Below, piece by piece: positions 10,611 to 19,177 of a stretch of DNA of 64,000 nucleotides. The notes beneath the pieces were generated by a model that was given only the letters and a program-made list of their open reading frames with translations, made no database searches and was not told the origin of the DNA. Every line of letters begins with the position of its first letter. Position 1 is the stretch's first letter. The position numbers and the translations under genes are program-made. Source of the stretch: Acidimicrobiia bacterium (GTDB taxonomy: Bacteria; Actinomycetota; Acidimicrobiia; Spongiisociales; ZC4RG35); the NCBI GenBank assembly GCA_046756405.1, contig JBHHWH010000001.1:3133-67132 (forward strand), read 5' to 3'.

Positions 10611-10928
10611 GTGACGGACCGCCAACGCCGAACCTGGACCTTTCTCACCAATCACGCCAGGGTCCTCATCCTCATCGCGCAATCTCCCGGAATTCGGCTG
10701 CGTGACCTCGCAGCACAAATCGGCATCACCGAACGTGCCGCCCAGCGGATCGTCTCCGAGCTGGAGTCGGCCGGATATCTCTCCCACGAAAAGGAGGGGC
10801 GCCGCAACCGCTACCACCTCCACCCCGAGGCCCATCTCCGCCACCCCCTGGAACAGGACATCGAGGTAGGCCAGCTCCTCGATCTGTTCGTCGACCGCTC
10901 ACCGTCGCGACCGATCGACCTCAGCTGA
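10611..10928 (+). CDS. Winged-helix transcriptional regulator (ArsR/MarR-like HTH).
   Basis: 105 aa; helix-turn-helix segment LRDLAAQIGITERAAQRIVSELESAGYL. Confidence 0.55.
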   Translation: MTDRQRRTWTFLTNHARVLILIAQSPGIRLRDLAAQIGITERAAQRIVSELESAGYLSHEKEGRRNRYHLHPEAHLRHPLEQDIEVGQLLDLFVDRSPSRPIDLS

Positions 10929-11005
10929 GGCACGGCGTGACGGTGTAGAGACCACCTCCCGCTCGGCTCCAACGGCGGGCGAGACTCACCGCAGGATCGA
11001 TACGG

Positions 11006-13198
11006 TCAATACCGGCTTTGGCTGGGGAGAGTGACAACGGCCACCGGAATCTGGGTTCTCTCCAGGATGTAGTTGACGCGGTGACCGAAGAAGGGCCGCC
11101 CGGTGACAGCCCTACTCGATGCTCCAATGGCCAGGAGGTCAAAACCGCCCTGGTTGGCGAGGGCGACGATCTCGGCCTCCGGGTTAGCAGCGATCTTCAC
11201 TATTCCCTCCACCGTGGCGCCGAGTCGAGAACCCAATGCGGCCGACTCCGCTACCAGCTCCTGACCGGTGAGCAGCGCATCGTTGGAAGTGAGGGTGTCG
11301 AACATGGCACCGCTACCGGTGGGTCGATTCACGAAGTGAACCGCGGCCGCGCTGCCCGAACTCCCCGCCGCGATAGAGAACCCCAGCTCAGCGGCGGCAC
11401 GCGAGGTTCGGCTGGCTACCACAGGCACCAGCACGCGATTCGGCAAGCCCTCGGCGACCGAAGCTCTTTCGGGAAGTCGCACCACCAAGGTCGGCAGGTC
11501 GACGAGGCTGAGAATCCTGTCGACCACATTTGAGAACACACCCGCCGATCGCCGCTCGTCGGCCGAAGCTCCCACTACCAGTAAGTCGTATCCAAGACGG
11601 GACTCCCTGGCAATGGCGGCCGCCGGATCCGTTGACACCACACGCAACACCCGGTGTCGGATCGAGCCCAGATCTAAATCGACCTGAGTGGGATCGGAGC
11701 TGGAAGCCTTACGGCGCCGGCCCCACATCGAACGGCCAGCAGGCACATCAACGGCGAGGACAGTGACATCCGGGTCTTCGAAGACGCTGGAGATTATCCG
11801 CGCCGCGTACCGACTGTTGGCACCACCCCTCGTAGGCAAGAGTATCCGGCGGCTACCGAGGATCTCCGAAGCCTCCTGCATTGCCTCCCGTTCGAGTCTT
11901 CCTGCCTCCTCAACGGGGATCTCCCAGCCGCTGACCACGGCCCGAAGGAGCTGCGGTGCCAGCAGCGACGTTGCGATCGCGGCCACCACCAGCACCGTGT
12001 ACCCGGTCTGGCTGATCACCGACAGGTTCAGGGCCACCAGGGCGACCACGATGCCCATCGCACCCAGGGCGGAGAGACCAGAGCCGAGGGCCAGAGCCTC
12101 GCGCCCTCGCACACCTCCGAACCGGCCTCCGACAATCGTCCCCGCGAGCTTGGCAGCTACGGCAAGGAAGATCAGACCCACGGCTAACAGGGCGGGGGTA
12201 GGAGAGGCAAGGAGACCGACGTCGACCTGGAGACCGCTGAAGGCGAAGAAAATGGGGGCGAAGATCGCTGCGGTCACAGTCTCCAGAGTTCGGCGGACCT
12301 CGGGTAACTGGTGCCTTGTAGAGGCGAGGAGAATCCCGACCACGAAGGCTCCGAGTATCGCTTCAAGCTGGAGCACCTGGGTAATCCCTGCTCCAATGAG
12401 CGCTGCCACGACGCTAACGGTCAACGCGGCGTTGAGTCCCGATCCGCGATCGAGGATGACCCGCATCACGCGGTCAAGAATCCATCGTCCCGCGGTCGCT
12501 GCCAGCACCAACAGCAGGACCAAGCCACCGAACGAGCGCGCCAGAAGATCTGGTCGGAACCCGTCCAGGGCAACTCCGGTCAAGCCGGCCAGGACCAGCC
12601 AGCCAACAGCGTCCATGGCCATCCCGGCGGCCAGGGTGATCTGACCGAAGTTGCGCCGCAGCAACCCCATGTCCTGAAGGATCTTGGCCACCACCGGTAG
12701 GGCAGAAACGGAGAGGGCCAGGGCGAAGAAACCGACAAACGTCGGACGGTCGCCCAGTTCGCCGACGAAAGAGTCCGGAACCAAGAACGCCACCGCTCCC
12801 ATGGCCGCCAGCGGTACCAGGAAACCCCCCGCCGACACCCAGGCGGTCGCCCTGCGGAACCTGGCGATAATCGCCAGATCTGTCTCGTAGCCGATCACCA
12901 CCAAAAGCAGGATCACACCGATCCAGGCGAGGGCAAATACGATCGATGTCACGACCTCGTCGCCGAAGATCCAGTCGTAGAGATCGGGGGCGGCACGACC
13001 GAGAATGCTCGGTCCGAGAATCACACCCGCTACCAGCTCCCCCACCACCGCCGGCTGGCCGGCTCTTTTCATCAGCCCGCCCAGGGCCCGGGCGATACCG
13101 ATGAGGGCTACTAACTGCACCAGCAGCACCAGGATCTGGTGTTCGCTGAGGGGTGGTGCGGTACCCCCTGAAACCTGTCCGAGGAGGCTCGGATACAT
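11006..13198 (-). CDS. CPA2-family cation/proton antiporter fused to C-terminal universal stress protein (USP) domains.
   Basis: N-terminus QPAVVGELVAGVILGPS and about 12 TM helices typical of Kef/Nha CPA2. The roughly 300-aa C-terminus has tandem USP-like alpha/beta segments (RILLPTRGGANS..., VLVPVVASRTSRAAA...). Confidence 0.8.
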   Translation of the reverse strand: MYPSLLGQVSGGTAPPLSEHQILVLLVQLVALIGIARALGGLMKRAGQPAVVGELVAGVILGPSILGRAAPDLYDWIFGDEVVTSIVFALAWIGVILLLVVIGYETDLAIIARFRRATAWVSAGGFLVPLAAMGAVAFLVPDSFVGELGDRPTFVGFFALALSVSALPVVAKILQDMGLLRRNFGQITLAAGMAMDAVGWLVLAGLTGVALDGFRPDLLARSFGGLVLLLVLAATAGRWILDRVMRVILDRGSGLNAALTVSVVAALIGAGITQVLQLEAILGAFVVGILLASTRHQLPEVRRTLETVTAAIFAPIFFAFSGLQVDVGLLASPTPALLAVGLIFLAVAAKLAGTIVGGRFGGVRGREALALGSGLSALGAMGIVVALVALNLSVISQTGYTVLVVAAIATSLLAPQLLRAVVSGWEIPVEEAGRLEREAMQEASEILGSRRILLPTRGGANSRYAARIISSVFEDPDVTVLAVDVPAGRSMWGRRRKASSSDPTQVDLDLGSIRHRVLRVVSTDPAAAIARESRLGYDLLVVGASADERRSAGVFSNVVDRILSLVDLPTLVVRLPERASVAEGLPNRVLVPVVASRTSRAAAELGFSIAAGSSGSAAAVHFVNRPTGSGAMFDTLTSNDALLTGQELVAESAALGSRLGATVEGIVKIAANPEAEIVALANQGGFDLLAIGASSRAVTGRPFFGHRVNYILERTQIPVAVVTLPSQSRY

Positions 13199-13280
13199 CA
13201 GTGCAGCGCCCAGCTGGATGCGATCCGCCAGCGGCGCGCTGGACGGCTACGAGAGCGCCGCCTACCTGGTCGGCCGCTTA

Positions 13281-13335
13281 CATACGAATGACTATTGACG
13301 ATATAGATGTCGTGATACTACTGTCGGCTGATGTT
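13281..13335. promoter_or_regulatory. AT-rich island in a divergent intergenic region (candidate bidirectional promoter).
   Basis: About 55 nt at roughly 40% GC in a roughly 70% GC genome (catacgaatgactattgacgatatagatgtcgtgatactactgtcgg), containing TTGACG and TATAGAT-like hexamers. It lies between the divergently oriented antiporter and USP/CBS genes. Confidence 0.3.
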
Positions 13336-13395
13336 GAACCGGGACTTGCCATCCCGAGGCCCAGCAAGCCTACTCAGCCCTTCGGGGACCATGAG

Positions 13396-14364
13396 ATGAC
13401 AAGCGGACCCGACGGCCGTGCAGAGGCTGGAGACGGGCTTCCGAGCGACGGATTCGACTCGATTCCCTTCCCCTTCCGGGTCGTCTGGGCCGGTACCGCC
13501 CCAGCCCGAGACCTGGCGCGAGCCCTTGGCGGAGGCTTCGCATCCCAGGCTGAGCACAATCTTGCAGCATCGTGTGTCAAAGCTCGAGCCACCTTGGTGG
13601 TAACCCGGGCCATCACCCCTTCGAACCTCTGCTCGATGGCGGCGCCGTACGAGTTCACGCCCTCGCAGACTCGGCTGATCGTCGCCGCTGTAGCGGGAGG
13701 ACCCCACTCTCTGCTGGCCGCCAGGGTGGCACAGCGCCTCTCCGAACAGCTAGGCGTCCCCGCCTATGCCGTCTGCGGATACGGGCCGGCCAGCCTCCGG
13801 CGAGAAGCCGAGGATGTCCTCGCCGGCATCACTGCTCGGATACCCGACCTCGAGGTCAGGGCCATACGGGTCCCGCGCCCGGCGGCCATCGTTGAACGAC
13901 TACCGGCGAGCGCCCTGGTCGTCGTAGGCGCTCCCGGCGGCAACTGGCTGGAACGCCGGTTCTTGGGGCCTGGGGCACGAATACATTCCCGAGCTCCCGG
14001 CGGGGTGATCGTCGTAAAGGAAGCCCCGGCTCGTGTCTTTCAGGTCATGCGCCCTGCCCCGGCCTTCAGCCCCGACATGAGTGCGTCCGATGCTGCTTTC
14101 CTCGCCGGAAACCGAAGCGTCATCGTCGCCGACGGCGAACGTCTCCTCGGGGTGGCGCCAGTCCAGGCGCTGGCTGAGGCACCGAAGGAAGCCGCACTGC
14201 GAGAGCTCGCCGAGCACCCCGTCTTCTTGATGGCTACGGACCTCACCGAACGAATCGCGGAGATAGCCAGTCGTTGTGGCAGCGGCCCCATCCCGGTGGT
14301 CGACGCCAGCGGTCATCTGGTCGGAGCCGTGGAGGCTTCGGACACATCGAGGCGCTGGATGTAG
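13396..14364 (+). CDS. USP-like plus CBS-pair domain protein. Start is uncertain; alternatives are 13288 or 13636.
   Basis: Central USP-like segment (LIVAAVAGGPHS...LVVVGAPGGNWLERRF) and a C-terminal CBS-like pair (PVFLMATD..., IPVVDASGHLVGAV). GGGGA lies 7 nt upstream of the ATG at 13396. The ORF-track N-terminal extension runs through the AT-rich promoter-like DNA. Confidence 0.45.
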   Translation: MTSGPDGRAEAGDGLPSDGFDSIPFPFRVVWAGTAPARDLARALGGGFASQAEHNLAASCVKARATLVVTRAITPSNLCSMAAPYEFTPSQTRLIVAAVAGGPHSLLAARVAQRLSEQLGVPAYAVCGYGPASLRREAEDVLAGITARIPDLEVRAIRVPRPAAIVERLPASALVVVGAPGGNWLERRFLGPGARIHSRAPGGVIVVKEAPARVFQVMRPAPAFSPDMSASDAAFLAGNRSVIVADGERLLGVAPVQALAEAPKEAALRELAEHPVFLMATDLTERIAEIASRCGSGPIPVVDASGHLVGAVEASDTSRRWM

Positions 14365-14425
14365 CGGGCCCGAAGTTACAGCCTCCCCCTCTCACCGGAC
14401 ATCCCAGCAACAACCCTCACGCGCT

Positions 14426-14454
14426 GAGGAGCCCGGGAAGGGACCGGGCTCCTC
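14426..14454. terminator. Putative bidirectional terminator hairpin between convergent genes.
   Basis: Perfect 11-bp stem GAGGAGCCCGG / CCGGGCTCCTC with a 7-nt loop, sitting between the convergent USP/CBS gene and the anti-sigma gene. There is no U-tract, which is common in high-GC actinobacteria. Confidence 0.4.
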
Positions 14455-14471
14455 GGCGTGGTGAGGCGCGA

Positions 14472-15146
14472 TTACGGCTTGTAGTCGTCGGCCTGGTCGG
14501 GGATTGTGGTGTCGGCGCTGTCGGCCTCGTCCGGCAGCACGGTGTCAGGATCGGCCTGGTCCGGTACGACCTCCTCTGGGACGATCTCGGCGTTGTCGTC
14601 GGCAGTGTCCAGACCCTCCGAGGCCTTGCCGTCGGAAGCAGTATCGGCCACGTCCGATCCGAAGTCTTCGCCGGTGGTGGGATCCGAGTTTTCGATCACA
14701 TCGGTCACCGCCTTCGCGACATCGTCGGCGGCGTCGTCGGGTCCCGGTATCTCGACACCGATGAAGTCGAAAGCCTGGGCCGCCCAGGCTTGTGCCGGGT
14801 CGGGCAAGTTGCCGGTGGCAGCGAAACCGCCGGCCGTCGTGGCGAGGGCCACGGAGCCGATCAGCAGCTTCCCGAGGAAGGACGAAAGGATTGTGCTCAG
14901 CATGATGCGTCGCCTCCATCTCATGGGTAGGGGTCTTCCGGCCCGGAACCTGGTCCGGGTCGGGACGCCAGAAGCACGGGTCACCTCGACGGCCAGAGAG
15001 GCCGGGAGACCGGTGTCGTAACCGGTCACCGTCGAGTCCGACAGGGTCCCGAGCAGGTTTGTCACCTGATCATCGAGATCAGGAACGGATTCGCCGGCGA
15101 GAAACCGGTCGATCGTTTCGTCGAGTTGTCGCTTCGAGCGTCTCAA
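14472..15146 (-). CDS. Putative membrane anti-sigma factor with an acidic repeat-containing extracytoplasmic tail.
   Basis: Its start overlaps the stop of the upstream ECF sigma gene by 4 nt. It has an N-terminal cytoplasmic segment of about 80 aa, one TM helix (IMLSTILSSFLGKLLIGSVALATTAGG) and a D/E-rich C-terminus with degenerate PDxAD repeats. No zinc HxxxCxxC motif is present. Confidence 0.5.
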   Translation of the reverse strand: MRRSKRQLDETIDRFLAGESVPDLDDQVTNLLGTLSDSTVTGYDTGLPASLAVEVTRASGVPTRTRFRAGRPLPMRWRRRIMLSTILSSFLGKLLIGSVALATTAGGFAATGNLPDPAQAWAAQAFDFIGVEIPGPDDAADDVAKAVTDVIENSDPTTGEDFGSDVADTASDGKASEGLDTADDNAEIVPEEVVPDQADPDTVLPDEADSADTTIPDQADDYKP

Positions 15147-15823
15147 TTCACCTCCGTTACCGACGGAGACGACGAAATCCCTACGCCTTTGGTGAGATTC
15201 TTTCTCAGACGGCGGATCGCCCGATGCTGTAGCGATTGCACCGCCCCGGGGGTCTTTCCCATGATCGCGGCGATCTCGGTTATACCGAACCCCCCGAGAA
15301 CGCGCAGGACCATGACTTCCCTCTGGTCCCTTGAGAGGGTGGAGAGGATCGCGTCAACCTCCTCTCGGTCGAAGGTCTCCATGGCGGCGGATTCGGCAGA
15401 CTCGACGGGAGTGTCTGCTGCGTCGAGGAACTCGATGGCGGTTGGGTCTTCACGACGCCTTCCCCGCCTGCGGCGCTCGTCAATGATCCGATGGTGAGCG
15501 ATGGTGAACACCCAGGAGCGGAATCCCGAATACTCACCCGAGAAGCGTCCAATGCTGCGAGCCACCTGAAGCCAGATCTCCCCAGCAAGGTCGTCCGGAT
15601 CCGCCGCCCCCTGACGCCGCAGATACCCCCTGAGGACCGGGTCGATCTCGGCCACCAGCAGCTCCCAGGCCCACTCGGCTCCGGCCCGGGCCGCCTCCAG
15701 GACGGCACCGAACACCTCGCTGGACAGCGAGGGTGGAGTCCTGGCCTTGCCGGAGTCGGTCACGGTCACCTGAGTAACCGACGCGACCGGCCCTCTCCTT
15801 ACGGGGTCTCCGGGAGCACCCAC
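15143..15823 (-). CDS. ECF-family RNA polymerase sigma-70 factor.
   Basis: Region 2 (EIWLQVARSIGRF...FRSWVFTIAHHRIID) and region 4 HTH (LSRDQREVMVLRVLGGFGITEIAAIMGKTPGAVQSLQHRAIRRLR). Confidence 0.85.
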   Translation of the reverse strand: MGAPGDPVRRGPVASVTQVTVTDSGKARTPPSLSSEVFGAVLEAARAGAEWAWELLVAEIDPVLRGYLRRQGAADPDDLAGEIWLQVARSIGRFSGEYSGFRSWVFTIAHHRIIDERRRRGRRREDPTAIEFLDAADTPVESAESAAMETFDREEVDAILSTLSRDQREVMVLRVLGGFGITEIAAIMGKTPGAVQSLQHRAIRRLRKNLTKGVGISSSPSVTEVN

Positions 15824-15995
15824 GCCCTTGGAATCGGCGCGCCTACGGCGTTGACTGAGGGGTTTGTGGTGTTATCCGACCCCCAGGTACGGGTAGGCAT
15901 CGATCGGGCCGGAACTGAGCGCCAGGACGCGGACTCGGGGACAGGCAGAGCCGGGACCGTTGGTAGCCTCCGGCCTCCGGCGAATTGGAAGGATC

Positions 15996-16973
15996 ATGGA
16001 GTACGTGCGTCTCGGCGCGTCGGGCCTCAAGGTGTCCCGCATCTGTTTGGGAATGATGTCCTATGGCGACCCCGGATGGAGAGACTGGGTGCTCCCCGAG
16101 GACGAGGCCGAGCCTCTGGTGCGGGCAGCGGCCGACGCCGGTGTCACCTTTTTCGACACCGCCGACATGTACTCCCGGGGAGTCAGCGAGGAGGTAACAG
16201 GACGTCTTCTTCGCCGCGTCTTTGATCGCCGGGAAGATTACGTAGTGGCCACCAAGGTTCGCTTTCCCATGGGTGAGGGGCCCAACGACAGTGGCCTCTC
16301 CCGGGGACACATCCTTGACGCGGTGGACGCATCCCTGCGCAGGCTCGGCGTCGACCACATCGACCTCTACCAGATCCATCGTTGGGACGACTCCACGCCA
16401 ATCGAAGAGACGATGCAAGCCCTCGACGATTGCATCAGGTGGGGAAAGGTCCGCTATATCGGAGCCTCCTCCATGGCGGCATGGCAGTTCGCCAAGGCCC
16501 AGCACACCGCCGACCGTGGCGGTTGGACCCGGTTCATCACCATGCAGAACCACTACAACCTCCTCTATCGGGAGGAAGAGAGGGAGATGATCCCCCAGTG
16601 TCTGGACATGGGAGTGGGCCTGCTCCCCTGGAGCCCCCTCGCCCGGGGCCTTCTCGCCCGGCCCGTCGCGGAGCGGGCAGCCACCAAGCGCGGTGCCATC
16701 GACCAGTTCACGCCCCAGTGGTATCCCGACGACGAAGCCGGCCGGGCCATCATCGGCGCCGTGGGAGAGGTGGCGGCGAACAGGGAGATCAGCCGAGCCC
16801 GGGTGGCTCTGGCCTGGCTGCTCTCCAAGCCAGCGGTGACGGCACCTATCGTCGGGGTCACCAAGATGTCCCACCTGGAGGATGCGGTCGCCGCCGTCGA
16901 GCTGACCCTGGAGGGTGAGGAGATCGAACGGCTGGAGTCGCCCTATCGAACCAGGCAGGTAGCCGGCCACTGA
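15996..16973 (+). CDS. Aldo/keto reductase family oxidoreductase.
   Basis: MEYVRLGASGLKVSRICLGMMSYG N-terminus, DTADMY, and conserved K (VVATK) and H (LYQIHRWD) catalytic-tetrad positions. Start chosen at the Met of MEYVRLG. Confidence 0.85.
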   Translation: MEYVRLGASGLKVSRICLGMMSYGDPGWRDWVLPEDEAEPLVRAAADAGVTFFDTADMYSRGVSEEVTGRLLRRVFDRREDYVVATKVRFPMGEGPNDSGLSRGHILDAVDASLRRLGVDHIDLYQIHRWDDSTPIEETMQALDDCIRWGKVRYIGASSMAAWQFAKAQHTADRGGWTRFITMQNHYNLLYREEEREMIPQCLDMGVGLLPWSPLARGLLARPVAERAATKRGAIDQFTPQWYPDDEAGRAIIGAVGEVAANREISRARVALAWLLSKPAVTAPIVGVTKMSHLEDAVAAVELTLEGEEIERLESPYRTRQVAGH

Positions 16974-17183
16974 GCCTTACGCTCGGTGCCTCCGGCGGTG
17001 CAGGCCGACAACTCAGCCATCAGCAGTCGAGGGGCGGCGACACCCACCAACACTGAGACGGTGAAAGTCTGCCTATTCATAGGCGCGTAGCGGATCGCCG
17101 GCCCTGGAGCATCAGGCGAGCCTAGACCCGGAGCGTGGGTCTCACCCTTACTCCGGCAGGATTGGCTGGACGGAAGCGACCGG

Positions 17184-18776
17184 CTACTCCGACGATCGAA
17201 TCCCGGCTCGGCTCGGCGACCTGACGGCGTGGAGATCGCAGGCGAACGCCCACCTCTCCCCGTCCCGCTCGAACCGAAGAGCACCTCCCGCGGCAGCAGC
17301 GACGGTGCAGGCATAGCTGATGCCGAGGCGGTCGCCTGCCTCCGGGGGCATCACATCGGGCCGCACCAGAAGACTCCACGTCCTATCGAGGGGGGTCTCC
17401 GAATCGATGTCAGGTCCCGGACCTAGGTCCCACAAGCGAAGACGGACCCCTTCGCCGACCCGCTCGGCGGAAAGGGTGACAGGAGGGGTGCCGTGCTTGA
17501 GCCCGTTATCGATCAGCTCGCTTAGGGCCACAGCAAGAAGTTCCGGTTCACAGCGAACAGTCGAGTCGAGCTCCCCCTCGATCACCAACACCGAGCTCAA
17601 GCCAGGGCGAGCCGGAATCACATGCTCGTCGATCAGCTCCCGGACCGTCACCATCGTCTCCGGCCACTCAGGAGCCCGTTGCAGCCTCAGCATCGAGCTG
17701 ATCCTGTTGAGAAGCCTTTCAATCCGAGCCCCGCCTTCCCGTATGGCCTCAGCAGCCTCTCGCAGCTCCTCGTCCTCCAAGTCCCCTTTGGCTATCAACT
17801 CTGAATAGGCGATGACCGGCGACAGAGGGGTCCTGAACTGGTGGTTGGCCGACTCCAAGAACCGCCGGTGCTGCTCTCCGGCCACCACCTGACTGGTCAC
17901 ATCCTCGGCGTACACCATCAGCATTGGAGGCTCGCTCGCAATCCGATCATGGGACATTCCAATCCGCAGGAACGTCTGGCGACCGTTGGCAGACCTCGTC
18001 ACATAGAGAGAAGGCGACCCCGGGTCTCCCGATGCCCCTACCCGCCGCAGTACTTCTCTCAAGTTCTGTGGGGGTCCATCCGAAGGTGTGGCCTCTGTGA
18101 CCGACGAGAGATCGGGCTCAGTGAGGCCAAAGCGTCGCGCCGTCTCATTGGCAAATAGGCAGCTCAGTGATTCGCAGTCGTACAGGGCGAAACCAATTGA
18201 CGCCTCCTCGGCGATCCGCGCTGCAAGGGTAAGGGCCCGAACTGACTCCTCTTGCCAGTGCTCGGAGAGGGCACGACTCCACAGCAGCAACCCTATGAAG
18301 GCCAGAAAGACGCCCAGCCTGACGACACTCGTGCCGGTCACATCATCGGCCAACGCGATCACTCCCAGATAGGAGACCGTGGCGGCCATCGTGAGTCCGA
18401 TGAGCCTTCGCACCGGACCGGTCACCGTCTCCCAGACGACCACGATCAGCATGGAGAAGAAGAGCGGGCTCTCCGTGCCCCCATCCAGCGCCACCAGAGC
18501 GCCCGCCAGCCCCAGCGACCCCGCTCCTCGAAACATGCATACGTGTCCCCTAAGCCCCGACTTCACCCGTCCAGCAAGAACGTTCAAACTCGCTCGCCAC
18601 GCCCACAGAGCCCCGGCTACCACCAGTACGCCGACGGGCCGCAGCACGTCACCGAACACGACGAGCGCCAGGACATGCATGGAGACGATCGGTCCGACAG
18701 GATCAAACCGCTCGATCCACGACTGCCAGCGGGGTCTTCGGGCTTCGATAATCGAAAAGCGACCCTCTGGATGCAT
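17184..18776 (-). CDS. Membrane-associated sensor histidine kinase (orphan; no adjacent response regulator).
   Basis: Several N-terminal TM helices and a PAS-like linker. HisKA H-box NHQFRTPLSPV and HATPase_c boxes (LIDNGLKHG, DLGPGPD). Start chosen at the ATG at 18776 (MHPEGRF...), because the further upstream ORF translation is Arg/Pro-rich junk. Confidence 0.8.
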   Translation of the reverse strand: MHPEGRFSIIEARRPRWQSWIERFDPVGPIVSMHVLALVVFGDVLRPVGVLVVAGALWAWRASLNVLAGRVKSGLRGHVCMFRGAGSLGLAGALVALDGGTESPLFFSMLIVVVWETVTGPVRRLIGLTMAATVSYLGVIALADDVTGTSVVRLGVFLAFIGLLLWSRALSEHWQEESVRALTLAARIAEEASIGFALYDCESLSCLFANETARRFGLTEPDLSSVTEATPSDGPPQNLREVLRRVGASGDPGSPSLYVTRSANGRQTFLRIGMSHDRIASEPPMLMVYAEDVTSQVVAGEQHRRFLESANHQFRTPLSPVIAYSELIAKGDLEDEELREAAEAIREGGARIERLLNRISSMLRLQRAPEWPETMVTVRELIDEHVIPARPGLSSVLVIEGELDSTVRCEPELLAVALSELIDNGLKHGTPPVTLSAERVGEGVRLRLWDLGPGPDIDSETPLDRTWSLLVRPDVMPPEAGDRLGISYACTVAAAAGGALRFERDGERWAFACDLHAVRSPSRAGIRSSE

Positions 18777-18983
18777 CTTCGTTACCCCACTTGCCGCCAA
18801 AACCAGATGACCGGCGACTCCGAGACGCGCCAGGCCCGGCCTCCCCCGTCGGCGACGCCGGCTCCACCTTCCTGGCACGCCGGCCGCCGACGGGTTCGGT
18901 CGGACAGGACACCCCTCCTCGCGGTCGCCCGGAGAAAGCTGGAGACCCATGCCTGCCCTTCGCCCGCGCCACCGGGATTCGGG

Positions 18984-19076
18984 TCAGCTCATGTCGCTGA
19001 TGGAAGCGAGGGCGGGAAGAGCGACTGAAAGTGCGCTGGCAAGAGCAAGCACAAACACGGTGACACGGCGTCGCAT
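18984..19076 (-). CDS. Candidate 30-aa small membrane peptide (MRRRVTVFVLALASALSVALPALASISDMS).
   Basis: ATG preceded by a canonical SD AAGGAGGTG at 7-nt spacing. The peptide has an Arg-rich N-terminus and one hydrophobic helix. It lies between the large SARP regulator and the orphan histidine kinase on the same strand. Confidence 0.3.
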   Translation of the reverse strand: MRRRVTVFVLALASALSVALPALASISDMS

Positions 19077-19177
19077 TGGGGCACCTCCTTGAGTCCGGCT
19101 GTTTTTCACAGCCGAGTATGCGGAGACCCCGTCTCCCAGATGTCTCACATTTCAGGGCGGACCGCCAAGACCTTCCG

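Noticed and set aside
13153-13395. N-terminal extension of the USP/CBS ORF (MVRYPLKPVRGGSDTSVQ...MTIDDIDVVILL).
   Set aside because: It overlaps the antiporter start codon region and translates through the AT-rich promoter-like island; more likely 5' UTR. Coding starts at 13288/13636 are kept as alternatives.
15843-16970. 375-aa minus-strand ORF opposite the aldo-keto reductase.
   Set aside because: Antisense frame artefact; the AKR frame carries conserved catalytic residues.
18777-18950. The upstream 58 codons of the orphan histidine kinase ORF (MGLQLSPGDREEGCPVRPNPSAAGVPGRWSRRRRRGRPG...).
   Set aside because: Arg/Pro-rich, non-membrane, and no SD; the internal ATG at 18776 begins a conventional membrane sensor domain.
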